Shown piece after piece: positions 39,301 through 51,554 of a DNA stretch of 64,000 nucleotides. This stretch comes from Amphiscolops sp. MND2022. Taxonomy: Eukaryota. The notes beneath the pieces were generated by a model. It was not told where the DNA came from, made no database searches, and saw nothing but the letters and a program-made list of their open reading frames with translations. The stretch lies in contig OZ076410.1 in the NCBI GenBank assembly GCA_964187785.1, positions 80,848,001 to 80,912,000 of the forward strand. The letters run 5' to 3'. The stretch's first letter is position 1; each line of letters opens with the position of its first letter. Position numbers and translations under genes: made by a program.

Positions 39301-40640
39301 GAATGTTGTTATTATCCCATAGCGGTGTAGGAGTGCCACTTCAATACGGTTATTCCCCTTGAGGTTTATTGATCGGGAGTTATCTTTTCGCGTCAATTTG
39401 ACTTTGAATTCCTCATTCATGCCTTTGTCAAAGCAATGTCTTGCTAATATATCGTGGAACTTGACCAGTAGAACCTCAAAACGGGCGATTTCGCTTGGCT
39501 GTAACTTGGAGTCCGTCCAGTGAAAAAAAGTCAAGAATTGCTTCCTTGACTCTGGGTTATCCCGCTGATTGAGTTTTTCCAGTTCTCGGAGGTTAAGTAT
39601 TTTTTTCAGGATGCCTTTCTTGATTGGCGTGTGCTGCTGAGTGTCTCCGGGGTCCTTTGGTGTGGGTAACCAGTGGTTTTGCTTGAAGTTCTCAGGTTAG
39701 CTAGACTTGATTAAAGTACTTGCATTGAAAGCAGCCATTTCCGGGTTGTCCTGCAAAGGATGCCATGTGGTCTCCGTGTCTAGATGTTTACCATACTTCA
39801 TCCGTTCTGGAGTCAGGAAAGAGAAATTGACGATGCAAGTGTAAGGATGATCAGTAAAGTTGTTCATGTGCATCGTAGCTTGCCCAATGGTCAATGTGAC
39901 CAGAGCTGCGCAGTATGGAATATCACTGTCTTCAGAGAGTGCAAAACTAGGTTGAAGTATCTCAGTGACTGCTGTATCAACATACAGTCGTGGATGGATT
40001 TTAAATATATGCCAATCGTTTGAGGGAAATGTGATGACCTCCCGGGTACAATTATGTTCTGTTACATTGTTGTGTTTGTGATCTGTTGTTTTCAACTGCA
40101 TTGAAAAAAGGAAGTTTGAGACTCCCTGTCGCATGTCCAAAATAGTAACATTCCGTTGGAGGAAACAAAGACCAATCAACGGACTTGTTAGTTTCTCCAT
40201 GGCTATGAAAATTTCATGGAATTCAATATCGCCGACCACAAATTTCAGTTTGACTGTGCTCTTTGGATTCTCCAGCTGCCCACTGGCAACCAATTATTTG
40301 GAAAATGAGTGCTGGGCCTTCTTTGGTACTAGAATGAGAGGCTACTCACAGGATTTTACGTAGATCAGCTTTGGGATTGTGCTAGATAGTCCTCTATAGT
40401 CTACAACGCCAACTCGAGTTAGTTCGCAGAAATCCATTGGAAAATAGAGCATAGGTTTTTTGTATTTGAGTCCAACATTGGTTGTCAGCGGGACGTAGTC
40501 AGGTTGTGCTGTCATCATGACCAATGTGTTGACAAAGCGGGCTTCCACTTCTGTAGTCAAGGGGACCTGTGGGGCATCATGGTGAACGTCATCCTGGGGT
40601 TCATCTAGAGCTAGCAGATTAACGGGCGATCTGTTCACTT
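36400..40640 (-). pseudogene. pol: pol: protease, reverse transcriptase, RNase H, integrase; disrupted
   Basis: Protease region 40342-40638 and 39697-40293 (MLYFPMDF..; LTSPLIGLCFLQRN). RT 39139-39534 and 38306-38968 (KKPNGKLRRLVDFSKIN; SQAYHCLQMAD; AQYVDD; CHFGAMQIDFLGRTIT). RNase H (IMTEANFTTAGYAVL; APVAFGS). Integrase zinc finger CEICIKDK and LFTDKGTVF at ~37200-37550. Confidence 0.92.
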
Positions 40641-41099
40641 GCCATGGGTCTACCGAAGCATTGGATAATGCACCTTTAAACCTTCATCATTGTCATGGGA
40701 ATCAGGTTCTATTTCGTTGTTGTGTTTGTCCAATCTTTTGTGGAAACATAACGTGTGTTGGTTGTAGATATGGATGTCCCAGTAGGGATCAAAGCCATAG
40801 TCTGGGTTCGGGTAATAGTGATTATAGTTGTCTATAGTGGAAAGAGGTCGACCAACAAAGGTCTTGTAGTGTAGTTTATCGGGCTCAGGGTCCAAGTTCG
40901 TGAGAGTAGGAGTAATACTCATCTGCTGCTGCCAGTCAGCTGATGGAGTACTTGGAGTATTTTTAAGTGAAGAACAATATTCAGTGTAGAAAATATTTGC
41001 AGGGTCAGATATAATGTACTGTCTAACGCGTAGTTTTTCATTTATATGGAGTCGTGGGGAATCTTGTTTTTTAAGTTTTTCAAAACGGAAGTCGTTGAT

Positions 41100-43040
41100 T
41101 TAATATTCTGGTCACCTTAACTGGTAGACGTTTCTTTCGTGTTCGTGTCCTCTAATTTCATGTTTTTTGTTTGAGGCGGACTCCTGCTCCTTTCCAACAC
41201 CGTGCCGCCGTGTGGTTTGTTTAGTCACAAGTCAGGCTTTTTGGGTACTCTTTTTTTGGTGGACTGGCCGTCGTAAGGTTTAAGTTGGTCTTTCCTTTTC
41301 AGTTTTCGACATTCGTTTTTTTTTTGCATTAATTGCAAGGAGTACCCGGATCAATACCGGAGGAAAGAAGGCCGTTACCCGGACGTTCTGCCGTTGGCTC
41401 TGTGGACATTGTTGGGACTGGAATGTCGTCATAATCCTCAAGTCCATTTAACTCAAGTTCTCGTTTTAAGTTTGTAACGATTTTTTTGTGGCCTTTTCAA
41501 GTCTGGCCATATTGACTGAGCGTTTTAGTTCTTGTGGCATTTTGGCATAGAAGAGGATATCGATCATTGCCTGAGCAGTCTCGCCAAACGCTTTCTCATA
41601 TCTGATTTGGTTCCTCAAGTAAACCTGGCAATTTCATAGTGTTTGGGTCAAAAACTAGAAGGTGCCATTTGTGCTTGGCGGTCGCCTCGGACTCTGGCTT
41701 AACATATTTTGTTCGAAAAACGGCTAAGATATCCTCTAGTGTCTGTCAGTTTGTCGAGTTGATGTTTCGGAATGTTTGCAGCGCATTTAAGCGTAAAAGT
41801 GAATGTAAATGATTGATTTTCCTTGCTTCAGTCATTTCAGGCTGCATTTTTATTATTTGCGGAAGAGATCTGCAAAAAGTTTGAATTTCTCTGATTTCCG
41901 ATCAAACGTTAGTGTGGTCGAACTGACTGGGCAGACTGTAAGAGATTATGTCGAGGGTTGGTTGTTGATACCCAGTAGTATGTCCGCGATTCTTTTGATG
42001 GGGTCAGTAGTGGTGTTTGAAAGTAAAGTTCCTGGGACCTTTTGGGTGGAGTCCTGGGGTCCACTATGTTTTGGTTCTGGGTTTTGCATTGGTTCTTGGG
42101 ATTGCACGAGACAACCTGTAAGGAATTCAGGAACCGTACGAGGTAGGGTTGGCTCCTGCCACCATGTCGCAATCTTGGGCACTGGCTTGGGAGTCTACTG
42201 AGATCTCCCTGTTTAAACATACATGACTGCTAAATTTGGAATTTAACTAGCTGCGGTCCTGTTGGTCTTGTTGACCAAAATGTCCTGATGGGTTCCTGTC
42301 TAGTCTCGTGGACCTGTGGTCTGTCTGGTCAAGATAACCTCTGGGGCGTTTGTCGAGTCTCCTCGACCTGTAGTCCACTTGACTAAACTGACCTCCAGGA
42401 TTTTCGTCTCGTCCACTGGACCTGTGGTCCATTTGGTCAGAAAAATCTCTGGGGCCATCGTTTAGTCCCCTTGACAGGTGGTCCATATGACCAGTGTGAT
42501 CTCTGGGGCCCTCATCTAGTCCCACGGACCGGTGGTCCATATGGCTAGAATAATCTGGTCTTCAGGGCTCCTGTCTAGTCTACCAGACTGATGGACCCTC
42601 GAGGTATTTAATCCCGATTTCTGAACTCCTAGCACGTTCTTAGTACTAGAAAGCCTTTTTTCAGCAATTGCTGAATTGATAACTTCCAAAATCTGAGTAT
42701 TCAAGTCCTCTCTGACTTCGTCAAGTTTTCTAGTAACTTGGGTAGTGATTTCGTTGTTGATCATCCTTGCAGTCTCTATGGTAATTTCACTGTTTTCTCT
42801 ACAATTTGAAATATTCAGAGACCTAAAGCACTCGCGTTTGGGATTAGACGTTTGTAGATTGTTGGAATCAAGTTCTCCTTCAGTTTTTCTCTCACCTAAC
42901 TGACATTCGAGGTCATTTCTAGAGTAATTTCCTAACAATATACCCTTATTTTCTAAGTCGGACATAACGTCCGATTGTCTAGACCTTTTCTCCTTAGGCT
43001 TCTGTTTTGTTTTCTTGTTGAGAACGTTTGAAAAGTTCAA
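41100..43040 (-). pseudogene. gag: gag, frameshifted, with an N-terminal 18-aa repeat array
   Basis: ORF pieces 42516-43040, 42247-42540 and 41946-42182, then capsid-like TTLTFDRKSEKFKLF..; ..AQAMIDILFYAKMPQELKRSVNMARLE... Confidence 0.85.
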
Positions 43041-43187
43041 TGCTCAAGAAGGATTATATTTGACCTTTTATTCGTGAACTAAATTTGAACTGAGGGAACA
43101 CAAAACAGAAAGAGAATTTAGTAAAAATTAACAAACGGGCAACAAATTGTGTCTTTTGGTTTGTTGCGTCGTATTCAAAGTTGTGTC

Positions 43188-43206
43188 CTCGGTACTACGG
43201 GGACCA
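43188..43206 (-). promoter_or_regulatory. Putative primer-binding site of the long Gypsy element
   Basis: TGGTCCCCGTAGTACCGAG, at the same position as in copies A-C. Confidence 0.55.
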
Positions 43207-46200
43207 GCTATTTAAATCAAATGGTGCAAGATTAGCAAAATTATGATGATCATGCTTTTAAAAATAGTAACTAATTTGGGTTAATTAGCTCTTTGGGCTG
43301 ACGCCAATATTTCATTACTATTAGGTCAAGTCTAAAAATAGCATCGATTGGGCCCTGAATCTACAAATAGAATGGGGGGACTGGAAAGTGATCTGTCTTT
43401 CAAGCTATATAGCAAATGGTTTGAATGACAAGCATTTGTTTACCTAATACTCTATATAAGAGTAATACAGCAAGGCGAACTGGTAGTACGCTTGACTAAA
43501 TATTGTTAACAATTACAGCATATTGGACTGGTGGTCCAAGCGGCGAGAGGATACTAGCACGTGATTAGTAAATATTCATCAGGTACTGCGCGTCGAATTG
43601 ACTGGAGTAATTTTCACTTCGAACGCGTTCCCTTTTTTGCATACAGTTATTTTACAGTACTTTTTTCGATCTTTGAACTAAAAGGCAACAACAATTGTTT
43701 TCTGGTTTACTCTAACACTAATAAGGACTATTTGTCTATTAACAATAATCTAGAACAATTTACATACAAAAGAAAAATTCAAGTCTAAGAAGTTAAAGAT
43801 AAGTGGACCGACGGTCACGCGTTTACAATGGTAGTATTCCGGGTATGAAAGGCAGATTGCTGTCGTAAGGGACTACTTGGTATCGACTACCGTCACAGGC
43901 GGCAGCCTGCGAAGTTGTTAAACAGTCACCAACGTATCAGAGTATAAAATTAACATCAATTCAGCTGGGAAGTTAGTCACTCACCCAATTTTCCCCCATG
44001 AATCCACCAAAGTCAGAACATGTAATGATAAGAGGTTCGGAAATGATTCTTCAATATTGTATCATGTATTTTAGTATAATCTTTATATATTTTTTTTAGT
44101 TTGAAAGAAACTCTACTTTAGATATGAAAGAAATCAATTCAACGGAAACAAGTTTCAATTTTTCGAAATGTTTCAAAAACCACCGTTACTATGGGGACAA
44201 AAATCCCACGAGTTTAATATATTTAAAACTATTTCTAGATTGATCCAACTTTCTTCCTGATGGACTTGTAGAACTTGTACAACGAAACTTTTATATTTGA
44301 AGATCATAGGAGGAAACAACGGTTTTGAGATGAACGAAAAAACAGTTATTAATGATAATTTGTTTGAATATGAAAGTATAACAAAAAATATTTTCTTCAA
44401 TTTAAGAGTTGAATTTTATGATTTTCACACCTCACTATAGGCTATACAGTTAACACAAATTAAAAACCTCACTATTCACACTAAGACCAAACAAATATAT
44501 ACATAAATATATATATCAAGAATTAACTACTCCAGCCGCCTTGCATAATGGTATGCAATGAAGTAGACGAGTCTTTTTTTGACGTCCGGGAAGCGTCTTG
44601 AAAGTTACTGAATTTTTCCGGAAAGGAAACACTTAGGGGCCTCCTTTTTTCTCAGCCTCTTGCTCTGGTCCTGTAAATTCAGGACTACCAACCCCATTCT
44701 CCGAGGAAGGGGGATTAGCCTCGCTTCCTTGAGGGTCAGCACCGAAGGTTGCAGAAGCAAACTTCTCGGGCGGGATCAGGATAAGAGGAAGTGGAACACA
44801 AGACAGAAAACACAGGCGGTAGACTCACAACTTGGGGAGATGGAACAGCACACGAAATTGGGACGGGACTAAGAGTAGAAACCGCAGGTTGAGTCACTGA
44901 AAAAAAGGATCCGGTTCAAACGCGTCAGTTAAACGGGTAAGACTAAAAGACTGATCACCAAACAATAGTCCAATTACCCATCACTAACGGAAAGTGTTTA
45001 CCAACCTCGGGTATTGTGCCCAACTTCGACGTGTGAGGGGAAAACATAGTTCTCTGTCCAGGCGTTAACGGTCTCAGTTCCACTGATGAGACCAGTGGCC
45101 GCCGAACGAGGTTCAGATTCGTCTCCCATTGAAGTGACGAAGAAACCATCAATTTAAAAAGGAAAGGATTCTTTTTAAAAAACCATCATAGTCACTCAAC
45201 CCAAATGGAAAGAATTGATGACGTCAGAACGACGCAACTTAACGAAAAAGAAGAAAATCAACATTTCCCTTGAGCCAATCACAGCAAAAACGGAAATAAA
45301 ATGCTTCTAAATGGAAATAAAGAAACCTAAGAAGAAATAAACCATAAGCGAGAAACATAAAATCTACGGAAAAGTAGGACTTCAGATTCACCTACTGCAG
45401 TAGAAAGTCAACTAAAACTACAACAAAACTTCATCCTTTCTAAAAGGCTTACCTTGGTAGATCGATTGTGAACATCTCGTCGTAAGAGAGAGAAGAAAAC
45501 TTGCAAATCACTCCCATAAAGTCTCTACCCATCAATATGGTTGAAAGTATGTAATCTAAGGAAATATTCACAACACAATTAAAGCGTCTTACAGCAAAAT
45601 TAGCACTCCAAATTGCTAGCATAACGAAACAAAAACGTCGCAGCTAGGATGGCATATTTGCAACAAGAATGATCTTTTTCACATCACTAGACTAAAAGAA
45701 TTGAAATGATATCTAAGCTTGCCGTAATCCCTCCGCCAGCCCTTGGTCAGCTACAGCTAACCTTAATTTACCGTTGAAACTACGTTGCGTTTGTCGGTTG
45801 GCTATGGTGATGAGCTGCCTTTCTCTGATCGAACGAAAGTTTTTATAAGAAATAGTGTAGTTCTTGGAATATATAAAAAGGTTCATAGTCAACTTATGAA
45901 GGCGGTGTTGTGAGGTGAAACGAAACATTACTCTATTCTTAATCTTTTAAAATGATTCATCCAGAGTGCAATGTACCTTTTGATTACTAGCTAAATTGCA
46001 ATGCAGTTTAAAGAATTACGTTAACAATAAGTCATAGTAGAGTTTCCGCTAATTTTTATATAAAAGTTTTGCATTGAATGTCCATTTTCCTACTTTTACA
46101 TGATATAAAAGTGTGATGAAGGTTAACGTTAACAACGTTAACTCCAGTTAGACAGGTGGCTCACATGATTTTTCCTCTTGTTATACATTATATTGATGTC

Positions 46201-46228
46201 TCTAGTAGAACAATGAAATTCGATATTA

Positions 46229-47893
46229 AGTGTGGAATTTTTAATCCTTTGGCGTTTTAGAAAAATCCCATCATTTTTGCGCGAAGCACAGATTATATAT
46301 CCAACTAAATTTCAGACACTCCACATTGCGTACGTCGGTAAAAACAGCTGAAAAGGCGAATTTAGCGTATTTCGTTAAAGATTTTGTCAAACGGAATATA
46401 GAAAGAGTAAATTTGATTGTTTGAGTAAGATAGAATTGACGTCAATAACGAAATTGTCCAAATTAGCTAAGTTAGAATCGACCGCTTCGAGCAAATTTTG
46501 CTGAGTTTTTACTTTGGACGGAAACAGAGATCTGAGGGAAAAAACACCACCCCCCTTTTTTTTGTCCGAAGGACTTGTCCGATCGAGCTGAAATTTGGCA
46601 TGCATGAACTAGAGGTGTTAACTCAACTTTCGACTCGGAGTACTCGACCTCGTACCCCCCCAGTCCCGGGCAACTGAAATGAAATGCTTCTAAATGGAAA
46701 TAAAGAAACCTAAGAAGAAATAACCGGAAGTGACCTAGGTCGACCCCCTACGAACTCGCCGGCTAAGCACGGAATAGATCGTATTATATATGGAATTGAT
46801 AGCCCACATGATCTTAAGCCGTTTGCGCACATTTTCGGAAATCCACGACGCGTGTAGGAGGAGTACGGACCCTAAGTAAATAAACCTCGAATGTTATGTA
46901 AATAGCCAACGGACGACCCGAAGATCATGAAACTTACCCAAGACATTCACCTAGCGACCCTAAGTAATATACATGACAGATACATTGACCGACCCTCCAC
47001 GCGCGGAGTAATGTTTGTTTAAGACCCGCGGGACCGGACGCACGGGCCCGACCGATAAAAAACATTTGACCTTGGCTTTTAATACCTCAAACGAACCGGA
47101 ATGATGAATGTAGCAGATTTTCAACGTGAAGGAAACCGTATTTGTAACCCATTCGGGGGTGACCGCCTTAAGTAAACAAACGATACGCACATCATGTAAC
47201 TCGGGAACTGTTGACCCTAGAATGATATATCTTGGCATATAGCAACTTTGGCTGACGAAAATTATCTTCAAGGTCATGGAAGGACCTCAAGGTCATTTAG
47301 GATGCAACCCCGGTACATATAGGAAAACGTACAAAAAAACTTGTAAACCAGCGTCTTTAGCGATATTTTTTGCGTTTCAGTCAGGCGGAACGATTCGCAA
47401 CGTATTGCACCTAGGATGGATGATAGAAAAGTACCCCTTGAACGTAGAGAACATGTAAACCATGTAGTTGAAGGTCATTGAGCAATTTCTTCGATATTAA
47501 AAATATCTCGGGTGACTTGAATTATTATTGAAATGTGGACTTCGGACAAGACCTGAATTACTTGTTGTTGGAGGCAAGGAATGTTTAGACGAAGAATAAC
47601 CAGTGGCATTCGTCTTGATATAAAAGGAAATTGTAAACATGAAGGTAAACTCATGCAAATTTAAGACGCCGACGCCCTGTATGTAACGAAAATGTCAAGT
47701 ATGATAGAAAGTGAAGATGAAACCACCCAGAACACGCGCGATGAACAAATATAATTGAGGCGGATTGGAGTATAATCGAATAGACACCACCGAGTTAGAG
47801 AGCGACAAGCAAGTTGAGCCTCGAGACGGGGGCAAGAAACTTGGCTTCGCTGTAAGAACTGGTTTGTCGTTAGCTCTAGAGATCGAACTCGAA
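46229..47893. repeat. ~1.65 kb direct repeat, copy 1 (flank plus first ~210 bp of an LTR)
   Basis: Collinear with 51555-53169 from agtgtggaattttt to gatcgaactcgaa, roughly 93-95% identical by eye. Confidence 0.92.
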
Positions 47894-48184
47894 CAAGTCC
47901 GGGACTTGTGTTTTGCACTGCTACGCAGTTGGCTGAATCGTGAAAACTTGTTGTTTAGTGATTATTGTTAAAGAATCGATCTGACTTTCTTTATAAAAAG
48001 TAATTCGACGAATACTTCAGTTTTCTTAGTCAATTCAAGAGAGCCGAGAAACTTGAGCACGTAGAGACTTTTTGAAGAGAATTGCACGCTTATAGAACGA
48101 AACTTACTCACCAAAATTAAACCTTTCTGTTAAGAGTTGAGCCTTGGGTTTTCTCTCCGACCCCAGTAGCAAAAATTTCTTACA
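47682..48184 (+). mobile_element. 5' LTR (503 bp) of a gag-only Gypsy-like element
   Basis: TGTAA...TTACA termini, followed after 1 nt by a PBS and then gag. Confidence 0.8.
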
Positions 48185-48185
48185 G

Positions 48186-48203
48186 TGGCGCTCCTGGGTG
48201 GGC
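48186..48203 (+). promoter_or_regulatory. Primer-binding site complementary to a tRNA-Asn(GUU) 3' end
   Basis: TGGCGCTCCTGGGTGGGC; metazoan tRNA-Asn ends ...GCCCACCCAGG(G/A)(A/G)CG-CCA. Confidence 0.8.
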
Positions 48204-48262
48204 AATTTTCGTAATTTGTTATCGTGTTACATCTTCTTGTTACTTGGAGCTTACTGTGACTT

Positions 48263-49203
48263 GTGGATTGGGAGATGAATCCAAATAAGAAACGAGACTT
48301 GTTAGAAGTGACATTGCAGGCCATTGGACAAGTGCTGGACGATCAGCAGAACCGCATGTTGAGCAACGGCGCTGCTAGACCGGACCGATTTCCATCTGAT
48401 GCCTTCCCAAACTGGGTTCAAAGGAAATTGTATTTCGCAGCGGTGGCAGAAGCGAACAGGTGGACGGATATTCAAGCCATCAACGCTCTTCCAGTTTGTT
48501 TGAATGGGCATGCGCTAGATGAGTTCGTTGCCACACCGACTCAGTTGAAACAGCCTGTCAACGGAGAACCAGAACCCACGTTGCGGTCACTCTTCGAACA
48601 TCTAGATAGAGTGTTGGGGGTTCTGCGAAACGACCGTTTCGGAAGAGGTGAATTCGAAGCACTGGCGCAGAAACAAGGCGAAAGTCTCCGAGAAATTGCA
48701 CGCAGAGTCCGAGGTACCGGAACGTTAGTGCACGCCAACATGGAAGCAGACCAACAAGATGAACAGTTTACGGAACGTTTCATTGAAAGGTTAGCTGACC
48801 CTGACTTACTGAAGGTTCTACTTCGGGAGCACACCGGGACCTTCACGGAAATTGTGAATAGAGCGATCGACCTGGAGACGATATAAAATCCAACCGGAAA
48901 CGATCTAGCAAGCGTGTAGATACAATCAGAGTGACTCACGATGCGGCTACAGTGAACAGCAATCCTGAAATGGACGAGATGAAAACGCAATTGAATGGAA
49001 TGAAAGTTGCCATGAACAGTCTAACGGAGATGATGACCCAATTCATCAGCGCGATGGTCCCAGGGAGTTCAACTGATGTTCAGAGACTAAGAGAGCCACC
49101 TCGATGTTACGCGTGCGGGATAGAAGGACACCCGGGAAAAGTTTGTCAACAGAGAGGGAATACTTTAAACTTGCGAGGGCCGGGAGACCGTCACAGAAGT
49201 TAG
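48263..49203 (+). pseudogene. gag: gag (capsid + CCHC zinc knuckle) with one 1 nt frameshift at ~48884
   Basis: Capsid-like YFAAVAEANRW..LPVCLNGHALDEF..LAQKQGESLREIARRVR..ERFIERL. Knuckle CYACGIEGHPGKVC fits CX2CX4HX4C. Confidence 0.88.
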
Positions 49204-49214
49204 ATCTTCCGGTC
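49164..49214 (+). promoter_or_regulatory. -1 programmed ribosomal frameshift signal (T TTA AAC plus stem-loop)
   Basis: Heptamer 49164-49170 is in gag phase (TTA AAC = L N). 7 nt spacer, then a 10 bp stem 49178-49187/49205-49214 with two G-U pairs. The -1 frame stays open to 50069. Confidence 0.8.
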
Positions 49215-50069
49215 GAATCACACGGCACCCTCTCACAGCAGCAAGCCGAAGGAACGGCTGCGGCGCGACGATTGAAGAACAAATCTCTGACTGCTGAGGT
49301 CGAAATAGCAGGCCGCCACGGAAATGCCAACGACCAGTATCGTGACGAACAGATGAACGTGGAAAGAGTAGGGGTTGCGCGTGAAACGTCGTCACCGAGA
49401 AGCAGCTTTACTCGGCAACCTGGCACACTTACGTCGCAAGTGGATCAATTCTGCACGATAGGAGAGGTGATAACGACACGAAGTCATGACTTCGACCCTG
49501 AGTTGGAGGCTGTATTGCTCCCGGACAACTTCTCTCGCAAGATAACGACTACTGCCAGTACAAGAGACACCCGAGCACCAGCGGGACCTGATGCCTCAGC
49601 CGTGGGAGTCAATGCAGAAGGGAAGTATGCGGCCCAGTTTGCTGTGATGACGGGTACTCTATTGACGAACGACTTTGAAGAGCTTGTTCGGAGTCGAGAG
49701 AGCATTGTTGAAGAAACAAACTGGGAACAAGAGCAGGTGACAGAAGTGATGGTCGTCGAAAACCAACGCCAGAGACTGATGGAGGAGCGTTGGATTCCAG
49801 CAACTGTCGCAGTGAAAGACGTAGACGGTGCAATGCTAGATGAGATTTTGAGAGACATCGAAGAGTTTGATGAATCATATAAACTGTCCGACGAAGACGA
49901 AACAATCATTGACGCTCTATTGGACGAACTGGAACTTGAAAACGCAGGCCAAGATGGAGGCGAACGGTCTGAAATTCTCGACGTGGAAGGAGTCCCTGTA
50001 CCCTGCACTGGCGTGTATAAAGTGTCAGTTAAATGTACTTGTGATGTCACCAAGGTAACTGTCAGATGA
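49165..50069 (+). CDS. -1 frame ORF (~300 aa), acidic and low complexity, no recognisable PR/RT/RH/IN motifs
   Basis: Part of ORF 49104-50069, with a D/E-rich C-terminal half (DEILRDIEEFDESYKLSDEDETIIDALLDELELE). No D(T/S)G or YxDD. Confidence 0.5.
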
Positions 50070-51554
50070 GACGGACATCGAAGCAGAAGGGAAGTGCTCC
50101 TTCCAGAGTACCGAAGTGGATTGCAGTCATGAGCGACACTACTGCCAGATCCCAGAGGAAGCTACCCCCCAACGCCCAACTCCCACCCAAAGAAGGCGAT
50201 TCTGGGTACCCCACAGGAAGCATTGTAGGCGCTAAACAGAAAATCATCAGATGGGCTTGCGTGGGCTGTGCTGGCCGACCCACCGAAAGCATGCCAGCCA
50301 GGTGGAAACCCGACAAAATGGTGATGCCCCGCTGCCAATGCAACCGAGACCGGATGGGACCCGACGCTGGAGCAGCCGAAGGAAGAGATCAAGGTGGAAG
50401 TCTGTAAATCGATGCAGTGTCCGACGAGGCGATACGATGCTGCCATGTATGTGAAACTCCACTTACCAAACACTTAAGTATCAATTTCGCAAAAACTGAT
50501 TTTTAATCATTAAGTTTTTAAATTATTTATTTTCGTGAAGTCAGTATACTTCTTGTTGTCCAGGCAAATTAAGGTTCCGCCGACCGCAGTTTTTTTGCAA
50601 GGCGATGAAATTGAATGTAGTTTTTTTATGAGTACCATTTTAGAGGCAGAACTTCGAGGAGTCAAATTTTTGTGTTTATATTCTTTTCAATGTAAAAAAA
50701 CCGAACCCAGACCCCCTATCTCGCAACCCCTACCCTAGTGCTACTCTCCTAGTTGTTTTGTTAGACGCGATAACTAGCCTCAATGAATCCAAACTTATCC
50801 TCGAACATATAAATAAGGACCCGTAGGACTACCCACTTGCGCATTGTCAAAAAGAAAGTTGGTATAAATTATTTTTACTGGGTTAAAAAGGGATGAAACA
50901 ATAAATGATTAAATTTGGATGAAAACGATCGTTTTTGTCCAAGTGAATTCAGAATAATATGTCCGGGGGCGACGTCTTTTTGAAGGCTCTTTGAAGCGTT
51001 CGTCGGGCCAATCGGAGTCGAAACGTCTGACCCTTGACCCTGTCCCCCGGAATAGGAAGACTCAGCAGAAAAAGGGTAAATGCGACTCAGCCAGGCGACA
51101 TATATTCTAGAAAGAGCTTCTCCCCTCCTTCCAATAATATTCTTATGTAGTAACCTCCGTCGACACTCATGTTCATTCGAACCCCCCTGGTGCATCAATG
51201 AACGGAAATTAGCTCGAGAAAAAAAATGTTTTTTTTTCGAGGACGAGTTGTTCAATATGATTCACTTAGTTTCTTTCTCTGATAGTCTCTGTTTATATGG
51301 TATTTGAAGCTTGACACCCCTTCATAACTAATGGCGCAATAAACTTTAACGATGTTCGATATTTTTTTATTTATTATCTTTGAAGTCATTCTCTATACTA
51401 GTTTTTCTTTATTGTAGATAAATATCCTGCGGAGCTATGGTTTCTTTGACCAACCGTCCTCCTCCCCATTATATATGTGTAACCTAGATCCCACAATTCA
51501 GCCAACGACAATACCGCTAAGTTTATTCGGGAGAATAAAAGTCCAAAAGGGAAG

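Larger units (their letters stand above)
36400..43910 (-). mobile_element. Decayed near full-length Ty3/Gypsy LTR retrotransposon with no adjacent 3' LTR
   Basis: Minus-strand order: LTR-like region (43800-43210), PBS, gag, protease, RT (YVDD at 38909-38920), RNase H, integrase. PR-RT-RH-IN order is diagnostic of Ty3/Gypsy. Many stops and frameshifts. Confidence 0.92.

Noticed and set aside
36400-43040. The long Gypsy element as an active retrotransposon
   Set aside because: Numerous stops and frameshifts in gag and pol, a degenerate protease active site, and no adjacent 3' LTR.
44600-45250. GC-richer stretch with TGGTGATCAG (PBS-like, minus strand) and a CCAAT box as another LTR
   Set aside because: No TG..CA termini, no second copy and no downstream gag.
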